From assembly GCA_951406725.2 (NCBI GenBank), contig OX597819.1, positions 127,286,001 through 127,350,000 on the forward strand: 64,000 bases of DNA. The letters run 5' to 3'. The notes under the pieces were generated by a model. That model had not been told where the DNA came from, did not search any database, and worked only from the letters and a program-made list of their open reading frames with translations. A program made the translations under genes and the position numbers. This DNA is from Octopus vulgaris (lineage: Eukaryota). Numbering within the stretch: the first letter of the stretch is position 1; the number at the start of each line of letters is the position of its first letter. Shown here in pieces: positions 1 to 12,089 of the stretch.

Positions 1-1110
1 GCTTCATTAAACTTTTCAAGTAATCGGACAATATTACATTTCCTTGTCAGAATAAAACTAGAATCTGTGTTAAAAAGAAAACAAATATTCAACAATATTA
101 CAATTAGGTACTCTAGCTGTGAGTTTATATAATTATACCTATCACTTCAGACTCACGATCTTCTCTTATTTCTTACAAATGCTTCTTGAAATCTACTTAG
201 AAGTCAGCTAAAACAACTTCACGGTAAATACCAATCTCCAGTTAAGACCTTGGTAGGACATTTTTCGACATTTCTGTTCCACCCCACTAAAACCAGACTT
301 AACTTGTATTTGAAACAACTGTTTAATTATGTATATCTGCATCCCGCTGTGAGCCACGAAATTTTACATACCCCCACAAAAAATAAAAACATAAAAATAA
401 AATATAAACTAAACACTCAAAAAATAGGTAAGCCTCTGAGAAACAGTGTGGATTAAGTTTATTTAATTAGCATTTTAAATGCTAATTAATGATTGCTTGC
501 TAACTTGTCACATAGAGTAAGGCTGTCATAAAATAACATACGCCAAGTATGGTACCACGAGTAGAAAGCTTTTTTCCATTCAGTGGAGACATTCGCTTCG
601 TAGTAAAAAATTGGGTTACACTGAACAAATATCACAGTACTTATTTCTGTCTATAAACTATATATGATACAGTTCTTATCAAGAACTCTAAATTGGTCTT
701 TATGTAAGCCTCCATCAATTTGCTGCCACTTGAGTGATCGATTGATACAAACGGTAGAACACCGAATAAAATAATTATGGTTCATCTTTAGCTTATTTTT
801 GATTATTGCAGTAAGTATATCCTAAAGTATAAATGTAATTTTAAGATGAAATCCTTTCGATTGAACAGGGGTAAATACACCTCAATGAATGCAAATACTT
901 TCCGTCTCCCAAATTTCATTCTCTGGAATCAAGGCTATGATAGAAAACACTTGTCCAATGTGCCTTCTAATAATATGGAACCTAAAAGCAGGTATTTATG
1001 AAATTCCTAATCACACAGCCGTGCCTAGTAATGACTTGATAAGAATAAAAAATAGAAGAGGCTCGTCTCACCGAGAGCTTATTTATCAATGATACTGTAC
1101 AAATAGATGT

Positions 1111-1527
1111 TATTTCTTTATTGCCCACAAGGGGCTAAACACAGAGGGGACAAACAAAGACAGACAAAGAGACTGAGTCAATTACATCGACCCAAGGGCG
1201 TAACTGGTACTTAATTTATCGACCCCGAAAGTGATGAAAGGCAAAGTCGACCTCGGCGGAATTTGAACTCAGAACGTAAGCGGCAGACGAAATACCTATT
1301 TCTTTATTACTCACAAGGGGCTAAACACAGAGAGGACAAACAAGGGCAGACAAACGGATTAGGTCGATTATATCGTCCCCAGTGCGTAACTGGTACTTAT
1401 TTAATCGACCCCGAAAGGATGAAAGGCAAAGTCGACCTCGGCGGAATTTGAACTCAGAACGTAAACGCAGACGAAATACCGCAAAGCATTTCGCCCGGCG
1501 CGCTACTGGTTCTGCCAGCTCGACGCC
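1111..1527 (-). mobile_element. tRNA-derived SINE family A (Meta-domain-like core), dimer: one full unit plus one 5'-truncated unit
   Basis: Pol III A/B-box-like head (TGGCAGAA..TAG, GAGTTCAAATTC), central GCCTTTCATCCTTTCGGGGTCGAT..AAGTACCAG block, tail ending AAGAAATA; junction at 1296/1297; many near-identical copies in the window. Confidence 0.9.
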
Positions 1528-1809
1528 TTATGATTTAATAATTGTTGATAGCAGCAAGTACTCTCCGAAATGATATTTCTTCTTTTACGTTTAACATTTT
1601 CTATGAGAAATCCGAGTAAGATGAAACAGTCATCTAAAATAACTAATATAACAAAGAAGTACTTACTATCTATATTTATGTCTTAATACTTGAAAAGACA
1701 AGCGGTTTGTTCGCAAAAACAAGAGGATATTCAGTTTCTGCCGTCGAATGTGAATTAATTAAGTTGCTTCAATATTTCTGTCAGATTGTATCTTATACAG
1801 CGTGAAAGT

Positions 1810-1827
1810 ACACACACACACACACAG

Positions 1828-1882
<55 letters not shown>

Positions 1883-2004
1883 CACATACACACACACAGG
1901 CACAAACACATACACACGCACGCACACACGCACACGCACGCACATACACGCACACGCATGCACATACATGCAAACGCACACACATATACACACACAGGTA
2001 TACT

Positions 2005-2060
<56 letters not shown>

Positions 2061-2262
2061 CATTCATGTGTACGCATGTATACATATGTGTGTGAGTGTA
2101 TATGTGTGTGTGTGGGTACGTATGTATATATACATATATATTCACCTACATAAATATTTTCCCTCATATACACACATGTATACACACATACACACACACA
2201 CACGCACGCACATACACGTACACACACACGCACACACGCACATATACACACACAAGTATACT

Positions 2263-2298
<36 letters not shown>

Positions 2299-2460
2299 CA
2301 GATATACATGTAAATTCATGTGTACGCATGTATACATATATGTGTGAGTGTATGTGTTTGTGTGTAGGTACGAATGTATATATATATATATATTCACCTA
2401 CACAAATATTTTCCTTCATACACACACACACACACACACACACATACATACATACATGTA
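1810..2460. repeat. Compound (CA)n/(TA)n microsatellite with an internal duplicated block
   Basis: Direct reading; block ..GTATACTCACA..TACATGTA.ATTCATGTGTACGCATG..ATTCACCTACA.AAATATTTT occurs twice. Confidence 0.9.
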
Positions 2461-3512
2461 CATAAGTACCAAGTGCTAGTTTTTCTTTTCACACAGTTCG
2501 TTGAGAAAGAGCTATCTCTCTTAGAATTAATCTAAAACTAATATTTATTTCATAGCTCAATCCAGCAAGCGCAAAACACGATAATATTGCAATGCTTAGC
2601 TTTCTGCTACATCTGTTAAAGATTTGAAGGTATCACTTTAGACGAAGAGGAGAAAAAATACAAGTGATGAGAACATCAGTCATTGAGTTGTCAGTGAGAA
2701 AATAAAATATTAAAACCTTTGTTAAATTAAAAAAAAAAGAATAACGTAGTAGAAAACGGACCTATATATATATATATATATATACATATATATATACACA
2801 CACAGAGAAAGAAAGAGACGGAGATGGGGTGAGTGGGGTGGATCGAGGATGGAGATAAATAGATAGAGGAAGTTCAGTTTAAAATATGAAATAGACGTAC
2901 AATCTGAAACGGAAATCGCATATAGTGTCGTTATAATGATAACGGCTTCCTTTACACTGAGATAGAGAATAAGATAGAAAACCAAAAAATAATAATAAAA
3001 GGGGAAAAGAATCAGAACAAGTGAGGATAGAAACAATAATGCAGAAAAAACATGCGACATTTTGGGAAGGAGAGTATATTCTAGTCGTTTCATTGAAGTC
3101 TGAGCAAGAAACTTATTTTGATATATCGCAGTATTGGTGTCATTGATGCTTTTGTTATTGTTGTTGGTGTTCCTTCTATTTAGCTACAGGTGAGATGTGA
3201 ATGAGTCGGCTTCTCATTAAAACCATTCATCAGGATATGAACACACACACGCACACGCACACACACACACACATACACACACACACATACACGCACATAC
3301 ACGCGTGTGTGTGTGTGTGTATTTATATATATGTATACGCATGTATATATATATTTATGTATATCTACATATATATGTATATATATATATATATATATAT
3401 ACATGTGTGTATGTGTTTGTATGCATCTATGTAGGTTTATATGCATATATTTCTGTATATCTATATATATATATATATGTATGTCTGTATGTATATATAT
3501 ATATGTGTGTGT

Positions 3513-3549
<37 letters not shown>

Positions 3550-3771
3550 CATTAATCTATGTAGGTTTATATGCATATATTTATGTACACACACACGAGC
3601 ACAGCGATTTACTCTCCTAGAAGTAACTGACATCAAATAATACTTATTTATATCATTTGATGTCTGCTCTTTCTGGGAGAGCGAGCTGTGCATTGACAGT
3701 TTTATTCTTAAAATGAGTTTACCTATTAAGGCTTTCTCGAAAAGAGCTACCTGCTACAGATGAAATTTTTG

Positions 3772-3807
<36 letters not shown>

Positions 3808-3808
3808 C

Positions 3809-3891
<83 letters not shown>

Positions 3892-3893
3892 AA

Positions 3894-4399
3894 TCTCTAT
3901 ATTATAATTCTGAAATGCGAAAAGTTTGTTTGTTTGTTTGTCTGGTTTTGGCACTGAGAACGGGTTAAAGGCCACTAGATCCCGTCGGATTGACTCCAAA
4001 ATTTACAGGGACATGTAAAATGAGGTGAGGATGCGAGTGGGCTAGGTTAGAAATCCCTATCTCAAAAGGTGTCGTTGCTAGGGTAAAAAACGTACATTGA
4101 CAAATCTACTCTCATTCTTTTATGTATCTGTCTTCCTCCATCACTGACTCTATTTCCTCCCTTCCCATCAATTTCTATCTATAACGTCGTTTCAAAGCGT
4201 CTACTTCCCCTTCACTTTCTCTTTATAACGTCGTTTCACAGCGTTCTATATCTCCCCCTCCCCGCCTTCGACAGCGCTTTCAGACTCTCTCTCTCTCTCT
4301 ACGTCTGTCTGCATTCATAGAGAGAATTATCATCGCCACAACCACCACCACACAATCATGAGAACAAATATTATGAATGAGATATTTATTGGGTTAATT

Positions 4400-4439
<40 letters not shown>

Positions 4440-5632
4440 TGTGTGTTCTATATATAAATATGTATATATAATGTATATATACAAAGTGTATATATCTGTA
4501 TTTATGAATATTAAACTTTGTAATACTTTTTGATAGTTATATATATATTTTTAAAAAATTATAGATATAAATTAATAATTTTAATTTTAAATTTAAATAA
4601 TTTAAATTTTTTAATTTTATATTTTATATATTTTGTATATTATATTTTTATTTTTATGTTTTGGTTTATGTTTTTCTCTGTTTGATTTGCCTAATAATGA
4701 AAAGAGGTCTAAATGGGGCTGTAAGGTGATTAAAATTTACAGGAGCAGGTGTTTAGGAATTCTCTGTTACATCAAGCTAAAAAATTTGCGCCAGCCTTTT
4801 AATCCTCAATGTGTTGCCGTCCATGATGAAGAAGCTTTTAATGCTTGTCATGGTGAGTCTACTGTCGTGAGAAAGAATCACTTCAAAACTTGGTGTTTAC
4901 GAATTTTCTTTTACATCAAGTTCAAAATTTTACGCCAGCCGTTAAACTGCCACTACGTTGCTGTCCGTCGTTAAGAAATGCCAGCCATGGTGACTCTACT
5001 ATCCTCAGATTTTATCCCTTCAAACTTTGGTTTCCAATAATTTTTTTATTTTTATTCAGCTCGCAATTTTGTCTTTCCCTTTTAAATGTTAGTGTTTTGT
5101 TGTCTGCCTTGAAGCAGACCTTTCCGTTGTTACTGCCAGATATTTATGAGTGATCTTTGAAAATATATTTCTTTCTCAACTTACTCAAGATCTTTGTTGT
5201 TTATAAATGGGAGAGATAGATAAAGATAGAGTAAGAGAAAGGGAGGGAGAGTCCGAGAGAAAGGAAGAGTGGGAAAGTGAGAAAGAAAAGAGAGAGAAAC
5301 AAAGAGGGAGAATCATCATCATCATCATCATCATCGTTTAATGTCCGTTTTCCGTGCTAGCACGGGTTGGACGGTTTGACCGGGTTCTGGGAAGCCAGGA
5401 GGCTGCACCAGGCTCCAGTCTGATCTGCAGTGCTTCTACAGCTGGATGCCCTTCAAACGCCAACCACTCCGTGAGTGTAGTGGGTGTTTTTACTTGCCAC
5501 CGGCACAGAAGCCAGTCAAGGCGGCGCTGCCATCGGCCACGTTCGGATGGTGCTTTTTACGTGCCGAAAGGAAGCAACAAAAAGTAACAACCATACTCTT
5601 ACCCGCGCGTAGAGCGGGTCACCTTAAGCTAG
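3894..5632 (+). mobile_element. Non-autonomous Helitron with internal microsatellites, a diverged tandem repeat and a nested SINE tail
   Basis: 5' TCTCTATATTATAA followed by (TTTG)n; 3' hairpin ACCCGC-gcgtaga-GCGGGT (5601-5619) then CTAG; A|T insertion site. Joining both ends into one element is inference. Confidence 0.65.
5312..5570 (-). mobile_element. 3' part of an RTE-mobilised SINE with (GAT)n tail
   Basis: (CAT)n run on + strand; motif GGTTGGCGTTTGAAGGGCATCCAGCTGTAGAA on - strand resembles RTE-derived SINE segments. Confidence 0.6.
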
Positions 5633-5646
5633 TATATATATATATA

Positions 5647-5980
5647 TAATCAAAATAAGCAACATGTATATCCAAGGTAGTGTAGTACAATTGTTTCATG
5701 CTACTTCATTTTATTAAACACTGTAAGTATTACATCAGTTTTAAAATGTCGAGGAATCTTCAGCCACATATAGAAGATTGCTCGGCGTCTTAAAATTAAT
5801 GTAATACAGTGTTTAATAAAATGAAGTAGCATGAAACAATTGTACTACACTACCTTGGATATCCTTGTTGCTTATTTTGATTACAATCACCCCATTTGAT
5901 TTACATGGATAATACCATACCAAATTCTCGTGCCTTTAACTTAAGTACCATATTCATCTGAATCTAAATTTTGCTGAAAG
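5647..5980. mobile_element. Fold-back Penelope-pLTR-like element between (TA)n tracts
   Basis: Inverted arms about 5647-5760 and 5773-5883; homologous to the element at 46130-46400. Confidence 0.75.
5682..5767 (-). ncRNA. Candidate type-I hammerhead ribozyme with extended stem II
   Basis: GTGG-CTGAAGA-[long hairpin]-GAAAC-AATT-GTA-CTAC; stem III sequence ACAATTGT is palindromic. Confidence 0.65.
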
Positions 5981-6634
5981 TATATATATATACTTTCAGT
6001 GTGTGTGCGCACGCCGTTGTGCCTGTATATGTGTGTATGTGCATCTATCAATGTATCCATATGTATTTGTGTGTGTGTGTGTGTGTCTATATAAATATAT
6101 CAACACTAACAAGTACACACACCAAACACAGACATACATTTATATGTATGGCATGTCTTTTGTAGTCTATGATAGTTCCTTTCGCGTTGTATTATTATAT
6201 TTTAAAATGATATGAATATAATAAGGTACTTTGGAATTCGTTAACTGAAAAGCAAAAGGAAGTGTACATCTCCTAATCATTCTTGAAAAATCTCAGGAGA
6301 TTTGGCTGTTATTTCTAGCATGTCAAGAGCCATTTTAGGCTTAATTTCATGCGCTGATTGAAAAATCATCTAGAAAAATCCTGCAGTCGACTAAGAATTC
6401 CAAAGGTGGTGCCCCAGCATGGCCGCAGTCTAATGACTGCAACAAGGAAAAAGAAAAACAAAAATGAATCATATCACAGTAGGGATTTTGATCAAGCTTT
6501 AAAAAAATTCTGTATCCCATACAGCCATCTAAAAACTGTTCAAGATGGTACGACAGCATGGCTGGCTGCTATCTAATAAAAGTAAAAACATAAAAGAGTC
6601 TGGGGTCGATACATTGAATTAAAAATACAACCGT

Positions 6635-6702
6635 GGGGCTTTTGTCCTAGGGAGCTTTTGTCCGAGGGGCCTTTTGTCCCAGGGAGATTTTGTCCGGATC
6701 AC
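6635..6702. repeat. Four tandem GGG(A/G)..TTTTGTCC units, probably a Mutator-like subterminal repeat remnant
   Basis: Units read directly; assignment to a MULE end is inference. Confidence 0.5.
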
Positions 6703-6946
6703 ATTCTTCACTTTGAGCAAAAGATGTAGCACTCACAGCAGCAATGGAGAAAATAAAGAATCAATGCTTTAGTGTTAAAACACTAATAAGATTAACAGCT
6801 GTTATGATAGTAACACTGCTGGATGCGGAGTATTTTGAGGTTGTTTGTAAGAGTCGTTGATATTCTGGAAAGAGCAGTTATCGAAATTTCAATGAAATGA
6901 ACCTCCTTGGATGAAAAACTTTCTACGGTATGTATTTCAGGAACCT

Positions 6947-7506
6947 GCATATCATACATACATATCATCATCTGAAAAAGATTTTCTATCTGGAAAGGGT
7001 ATGGCCTGGTCAGCCTGTAATAATATGCATAAGATCTGGTCATCAAATCTAAGGAGAGATTTCAAATTTAAAATCTTCAAAGCCACAGTCGAACAAATTC
7101 TACTATATGGCTCAGAATGCTGGACGTTATCAAAGAAGTTTGAGAGGCGGTTGGATGGAACTTACACTCGCCTCCTTATGGGAGATCAAAATCTCTCGTG
7201 GAAGCGTCATCCAACCAAAGTGCAAATATATGGGAAATTACCACCTGGATCATCTCTTGTGAAAGGTAGAAGAGTCCAGTTTGCTGGACATTGTTGTAGA
7301 GCTGAAAAAGAGGTAATTTCTACTCTTCTCCTCTGGAAGCCATCTGCTCGCGATACCAGAGGGCGCACACTCTCCTACCCTGATGTAATCTTCAGGGATA
7401 CAGGCATCCAGCAACAGGACCACCGTAATGCTATGAAGGATCGTGTCGTCTGGCGTAACATAGTAAATTCCATTGTCTCGACCACGGTCGAACAATGATG
7501 ATGATG
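6947..7506 (+). mobile_element. 5'-truncated RTE/RTE-X-type LINE, C-terminal RT region
   Basis: ORF 6911-7498 has KIFKATVEQILLYGSECWTL and RRVQFAGHC motifs typical of RTE-group ORF ends; (TGA)n tail; TSD ATTTCAGGA(A/G)CCT at 6934-6946 and 7507-7519. Confidence 0.85.
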
Positions 7507-7624
7507 ATTTCAGGAGCCTTCCTGCAGAAACCCCACAAACGTATCATTGTTAATGTATTTGCCGAAACTTAACTTCATGTATTTCCCTCTTCTGCCTCTC
7601 ATTTACTCTCTCACTTTCAGTCTG

Positions 7625-7648
7625 TCTGTTTGCCTCTCTCTGTTTCTG

Positions 7649-7708
<60 letters not shown>

Positions 7709-7894
7709 AATGTGTCTCACTTCCCTTTCTTCTTACCAGTACTCTGTAAGATGATGTATTCACGGAATTTTCACTTTCTCCTTCTTACACCTCCGATTAC
7801 CACGTTTATCACTGTCGCAATCTCAAAGCCGTACTTTCTTCTCCTCACTATCTATCTATCTCTCTCTCTATCTATCTATCTATCTATCTATCTC

Positions 7895-7965
<71 letters not shown>

Positions 7966-7980
7966 GTTTGTCTGTCTATC
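7625..7980. repeat. (CT)n and (TCTA)n microsatellites
   Basis: Direct reading. Confidence 0.95.
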
Positions 7981-8137
7981 TATTTACTTTTTTTATCTAT
8001 CTCTTTTTCTTTTTGATATATATATATATTTATATATATATTCTTTTATTTTTTTATTATTTTACTTGACCTAGGTTCAGTGGGACTGAACCCGGGCATA
8101 TGTGGCTGGGAAGCAAGCCTCTTACAACACAGCTGAT

Positions 8138-8172
<35 letters not shown>

Positions 8173-8176
8173 CATA

Positions 8177-8389
8177 CGAGTGTGTGCTGAAAAGTTCTTG
8201 GCTTTGGGTAAAAGGTAATACAAGAGGATCAGTTAATTATGATTTCATTTAACATACCCCCCCTCAGATTCACACACATGTAGCGGCAATTCAGTTTTTC
8301 TAAGCCTTGTAAAAGAACTCGGCAGGTTAAGCCTCCAACGAGACACTTCGTGACACCTCTAAAACTAGGAACTTGTCAGCAACCCGTCG
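8177..8389 (+). mobile_element. Mariner-type MITE
   Basis: TA|CGAGTGTGTGCTGAAAAGTTC ... GAACTTGTCAGCAACCCGTCG imperfect TIRs; related copy at about 9090-9280. Confidence 0.7.
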
Positions 8390-8414
8390 AATATATATAT
8401 CTACATAGATGCAC

Positions 8415-8452
<38 letters not shown>

Positions 8453-8484
8453 TTTATTTAAAAGCAGCAGAAATGTAACAAAAG

Positions 8485-8521
8485 CTGTTACTCGGAGTTT
8501 CACCTTCCGCTCGTCGGACAG
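8485..8521 (-). ncRNA. Candidate minimal hammerhead ribozyme, U4C core variant
   Basis: CTGT-CCGACGA-GC(ggaag)GT-GAAA-CTCCGAG-TA-ACAG; stem I CTGT/ACAG, cleavage triplet GUA. Confidence 0.55.
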
Positions 8522-8551
8522 GTTTGTTTTAACCACACACACATATATATG

Positions 8552-8605
<54 letters not shown>

Positions 8606-8606
<1 letters not shown>

Positions 8607-8704
8607 GAGAGGGGGTCGAAAGAGGCTTCTTCCAGTTTCCGTGTAACATATCACTCACAAGACTTTGATCGGATCGAGGCTATAGTAGAAGACACACCCT
8701 CTCG
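8606..8704. mobile_element. Short element with mariner-like ends enclosing a SINE family B fragment
   Basis: TA|CGAGAGGG ... CCCTCTCG|TA; interior matches reverse strand of SINE B (GGCTTCTTCCAGTTTCCG..GAGGCTATAGTAGAAGACAC). Confidence 0.55.
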
Positions 8705-8708
8705 TATA

Positions 8709-9078
8709 TCTATTATATAAAATCCGTTTTGTCTGTGTGTGTCTGTCTTCTAATATCTCGGGCATCCTCCATCTGATTGCGCTCAAATTTGATATGTAGA
8801 TACCGATGGTATCAGGCTGTGTATAAGACTTGAAAAATTACAAAAATCTATTCCAGGTGAGAACGTGATCGATAAAGCCGTGGGAATGTGCATTTGTACG
8901 TGCAAGTACATCAGCTGTTGCGATCGATATCTTTATTTCCTCTTTTGCCGGTGTCTCAAATTTAGGTTAAATCAGTGTTTCTCAAAGGACGAAGGGACAA
9001 GTTGTTTTGAGAAAATTTTGTTTAAATGTTTGACAACTCAGCACCGTCCATTGGACAGGAGGGGGGGCGTTTACTCGT
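8709..9078 (+). mobile_element. Non-autonomous Helitron (degenerate 3' end)
   Basis: A|TCTATTATATAAAA start followed by GTCTGTGTG; weak terminal hairpin CCGTCC/GGACAGG. Confidence 0.55.
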
Positions 9079-9089
9079 ATATATATATA

Positions 9090-9280
9090 CAAGAGGGTGT
9101 TGAAAAGTTTCTGAAAAATACAGGGGGATCAGTTAATTATGATTTTATTCTAAATATTCCCCTCTCAGATTCACACACTTATTGCAGCAGTTCTTCAGTT
9201 TCCTTAAGTCCTGTAAAAGATTTTAGAAGGTTTTTTAGATGATTTTCAACCAGCGTTAAGCCTAGAAGATCTCTCGACAT
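9090..9280 (+). mobile_element. Second, more decayed copy of the mariner-type MITE at 8177
   Basis: Shared GGATCAGTTAATTATGATTT and CTCAGATTCACACAC blocks. Confidence 0.6.
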
Positions 9281-9919
9281 ACAAGAAATAACAGTCAAAT
9301 CTCTTGAAATTATTCAAGAATGATAAGGAGATGTACACTTCATTTTGCATTGCAGTTAACGAATTCAAAAGTACATTATTATATTCATATCATGTTAAAA
9401 TACAATAACCATTAAAGCCAAAAACTTTTCAGATCCTTATGTATAATATATATGTAAGTATGTGTGTGAGTGTGTAAGTGTGTGTGAGTGTGTGTGTGTG
9501 TGTGTGAGTGTGTGTCTTTGTGTTTCTGTTTATTCTCTATAACAGCTTGAAAACTGGTGTCGGTGAGTTTACAGCCCCGTAATCTAGCGGTTCGGCAAAA
9601 GAAACCGATAGAATATGTACCAGGATTAGCAAAAAATTAAGTACTGGGATTGATTCATTCGACAAAACATTTTCAAGCGGTTCCCCAGCATGACCGCAGT
9701 CTTAATAGAAATTCCGATGTTGCCTAGGTATGATCCGTTTTAGCATCGCATTCATTTTTCGACGGTAGTCTAATTTACTAGGATGTTACAGATTTCCTTA
9801 TTTTGCGTTTTGTCTTGCACCAGGACAGAAATAGTTTACCGTGTTTTGTAATCCGATCTGAAAGAATATATGTGCAGCGTTCACAATGGATTCCTTCGGT
9901 TTATATGTGGTTTGTGCAA

Positions 9920-10149
9920 GGCGGCGAGCTGGCAGAAACGTTAGCACGCCGGGCGAAATGCGTAGCCGTATTTCGTCTGTCGTTACGTTCCGAGTTCAAA
10001 TTCCGCCGAGGTCGACTTTGCCTTTCATCCTTTCGGGGTCGATAAATAAGTACCAGTTACGCACTGGGGTCGACGTAATCGACTTAAACCGTTTGTCTGT
10101 CCTTGTTTGTCCCCTCTGTGTTTAGCCCCTTGTGGGTAGTAAAGAAATA
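9920..10149 (+). mobile_element. SINE family A, full-length monomer
   Basis: Full consensus match; TSD TATATGTGGTTTGTGCA on both sides. Confidence 0.95.
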
Positions 10150-10391
10150 TATATGTGGTTTGTGCATTTTTAATACGTGTTCGATGTATTAATCATATTG
10201 CTGAGTTTTCCTTTGTTATAGCTTTTTAAATTTTTTCATCCAGTACTTCATATTTGAGGGAAAATCTCAAAGCACTTCTAAATAGAGATTCTCCAACTAA
10301 CGTTTTGTATCCAAGTGGGAATTCAACGTCTTCAAGTAAAGATAGTTATAGTAATGTTTTTACTGTTAACGAAAGATATATATCATCTACA

Positions 10392-10725
10392 AATACAATT
10401 GCAGCGTGGAAGGTGTTTGTAAGCCATTTAAGAAACACACAAAAGCCGTTCGATTCACTTCAACATTTAAGTTTAATTTGTCAAAATATTTTTGTCGCTA
10501 TAAGACCGCGACCTGTTCACTGATGCAGCACGGATCTTTGTCAGTGAACAGGTCGCGGATTTTAGCGACGAAAATATTTTGACAAATTTAACTTAAATTT
10601 TGAAGTGAATCGAACGGCTTTTGTGTGTTTCTTAAATGGCTTACAAACACCTTCCACGCTGCAATTGTTTTCGCTTCAGCACACGATCTCAGATCAAATT
10701 ACTTGCTATGCAAAGTACATCTCCG
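10392..10725 (+). mobile_element. Fold-back Penelope-pLTR-like retro-insertion
   Basis: Near-perfect inverted arms of about 130 bp (10395-10523 / 10541-10668); 13-bp TSD TATATCATCTACA at 10379-10391 and 10726-10738. Confidence 0.85.
10537..10586 (+). ncRNA. Candidate minimal type-I hammerhead ribozyme with G3:C8 core swap
   Basis: TTTGTCA-GTGAACA-G-GTCGC(loop)GCGAC-GAA-AATATT-T-TGACAAA; 7-bp stem I, 5-bp stem II, palindromic AATATT stem III. Confidence 0.7.
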
Positions 10726-10891
10726 TATATCATCTACATTTTATCGAAATGTTTATGCATGTAAATAGACCTCTAGCAGTTCTATTTATGCAGTTATAGA
10801 TACCGTAGTTTAGAAGATAGTTGTAGATCTCCCTTTAATAATGCAAGCATATGTCTCTCGAAAAGTTTTATATGTGTGTGTGTGTGTGTGT

Positions 10892-10935
<44 letters not shown>

Positions 10936-11144
10936 TACAAATCTCCATAGCTAAAGTAGAGATGCAGAGTAAATCAAATTTCAGCACACATATGCCTTTC
11001 GTTAAAAATACTGTCAATCACTTAGAATAAAACCTTCATCTCAAGACATTCTCACGAAAACATCCTTAAGTGCAATTTCAGTCACTCTAGACAAAGCGTA
11101 AGCGCCATACACAGACACACGCATATGCACACATGCGTGCACAC

Positions 11145-11182
<38 letters not shown>

Positions 11183-11439
11183 GTTTATGTGTGTGTCTTT
11201 CTCTGTGTGTGTGTGTGAATGTATGTGTATGTGAGTGTGTGCGTGTATGTGAGTTTGGCCTCACGTTCGATCCGATTGGGTGGCACGTTAGCCACCTATC
11301 AGTTTTTGCCAGATACATGAAATAAGGAAGACGAAAACTGCACAGAAGCTCAACAGGTGGACAGTATTACAATACAATCTTCTTCCATAATGTGTAACGC
11401 AGATTCTGCCTGAGAATTCCGTTCAATTTATTCATATCT

Positions 11440-11864
11440 TATTTCTTTACTACCCACAGGGGGCTAAACACAGAGAGGAGACAAACAAGGACAGACAAAC
11501 GGATTAAGTCGATTATATCGACCCCAGTGCGTAACTGGTACTTATCTAATCGACCCCGAAAGGATGAAAGGCAAAGTCGACCTCGGCGGAATTTGAACTC
11601 AGAACGTAAAGACAGACGAAATACCTATTTCTAATTCTTTACTACCCACAAGGGGCTAAACACAGAGAGGAGACAAACAAGGACAGACAAACGGTTTAAG
11701 TCGATTATATCGACCCCAGTGCGTAACTGGTACTTATCTAATCGACCCCGAAAGGATGAAAGGCAAAGTCGACCTCGGCGGAATTTGAACCCAGAACGCA
11801 GCGGCAGACGAAATACCGCTAAGCAATTCGCCCGGCGTGCTAACGTTTCTACCAGCTCGTCGCC
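11440..11864 (-). mobile_element. SINE family A dimer
   Basis: Junction at 11625/11626; TSD TATTCATATCT. Confidence 0.9.
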
Positions 11865-12089
11865 TCAAAATATTCATATCTATGGAATATTCAGCCATTT
11901 ATGGCCTAATTCAAAGAGCAGATAATTCAGTTGATCAAATGACTAAACCATCATCGTTGAAACCGACAAATTCCCTCCTAACACACACATACACCCATAA
12001 TCAAAATGTCCCAGGATGTGTATGACAACACAGACGTCCTTCTCAACTAAATCAATGACCGCAACCGCACCTCGAACATAACAGGATGC

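Noticed and set aside
1-64. Possible - strand exon after a pyrimidine tract and CAG acceptor (SSFILTRKCNIVRLLEKFNE)
   Set aside because: Cut by the window edge, too short, no recognisable homology
9920-10010. tRNA-like sequences with A and B boxes
   Set aside because: They are SINE heads continuing into SINE bodies; no stand-alone tRNA gene was seen
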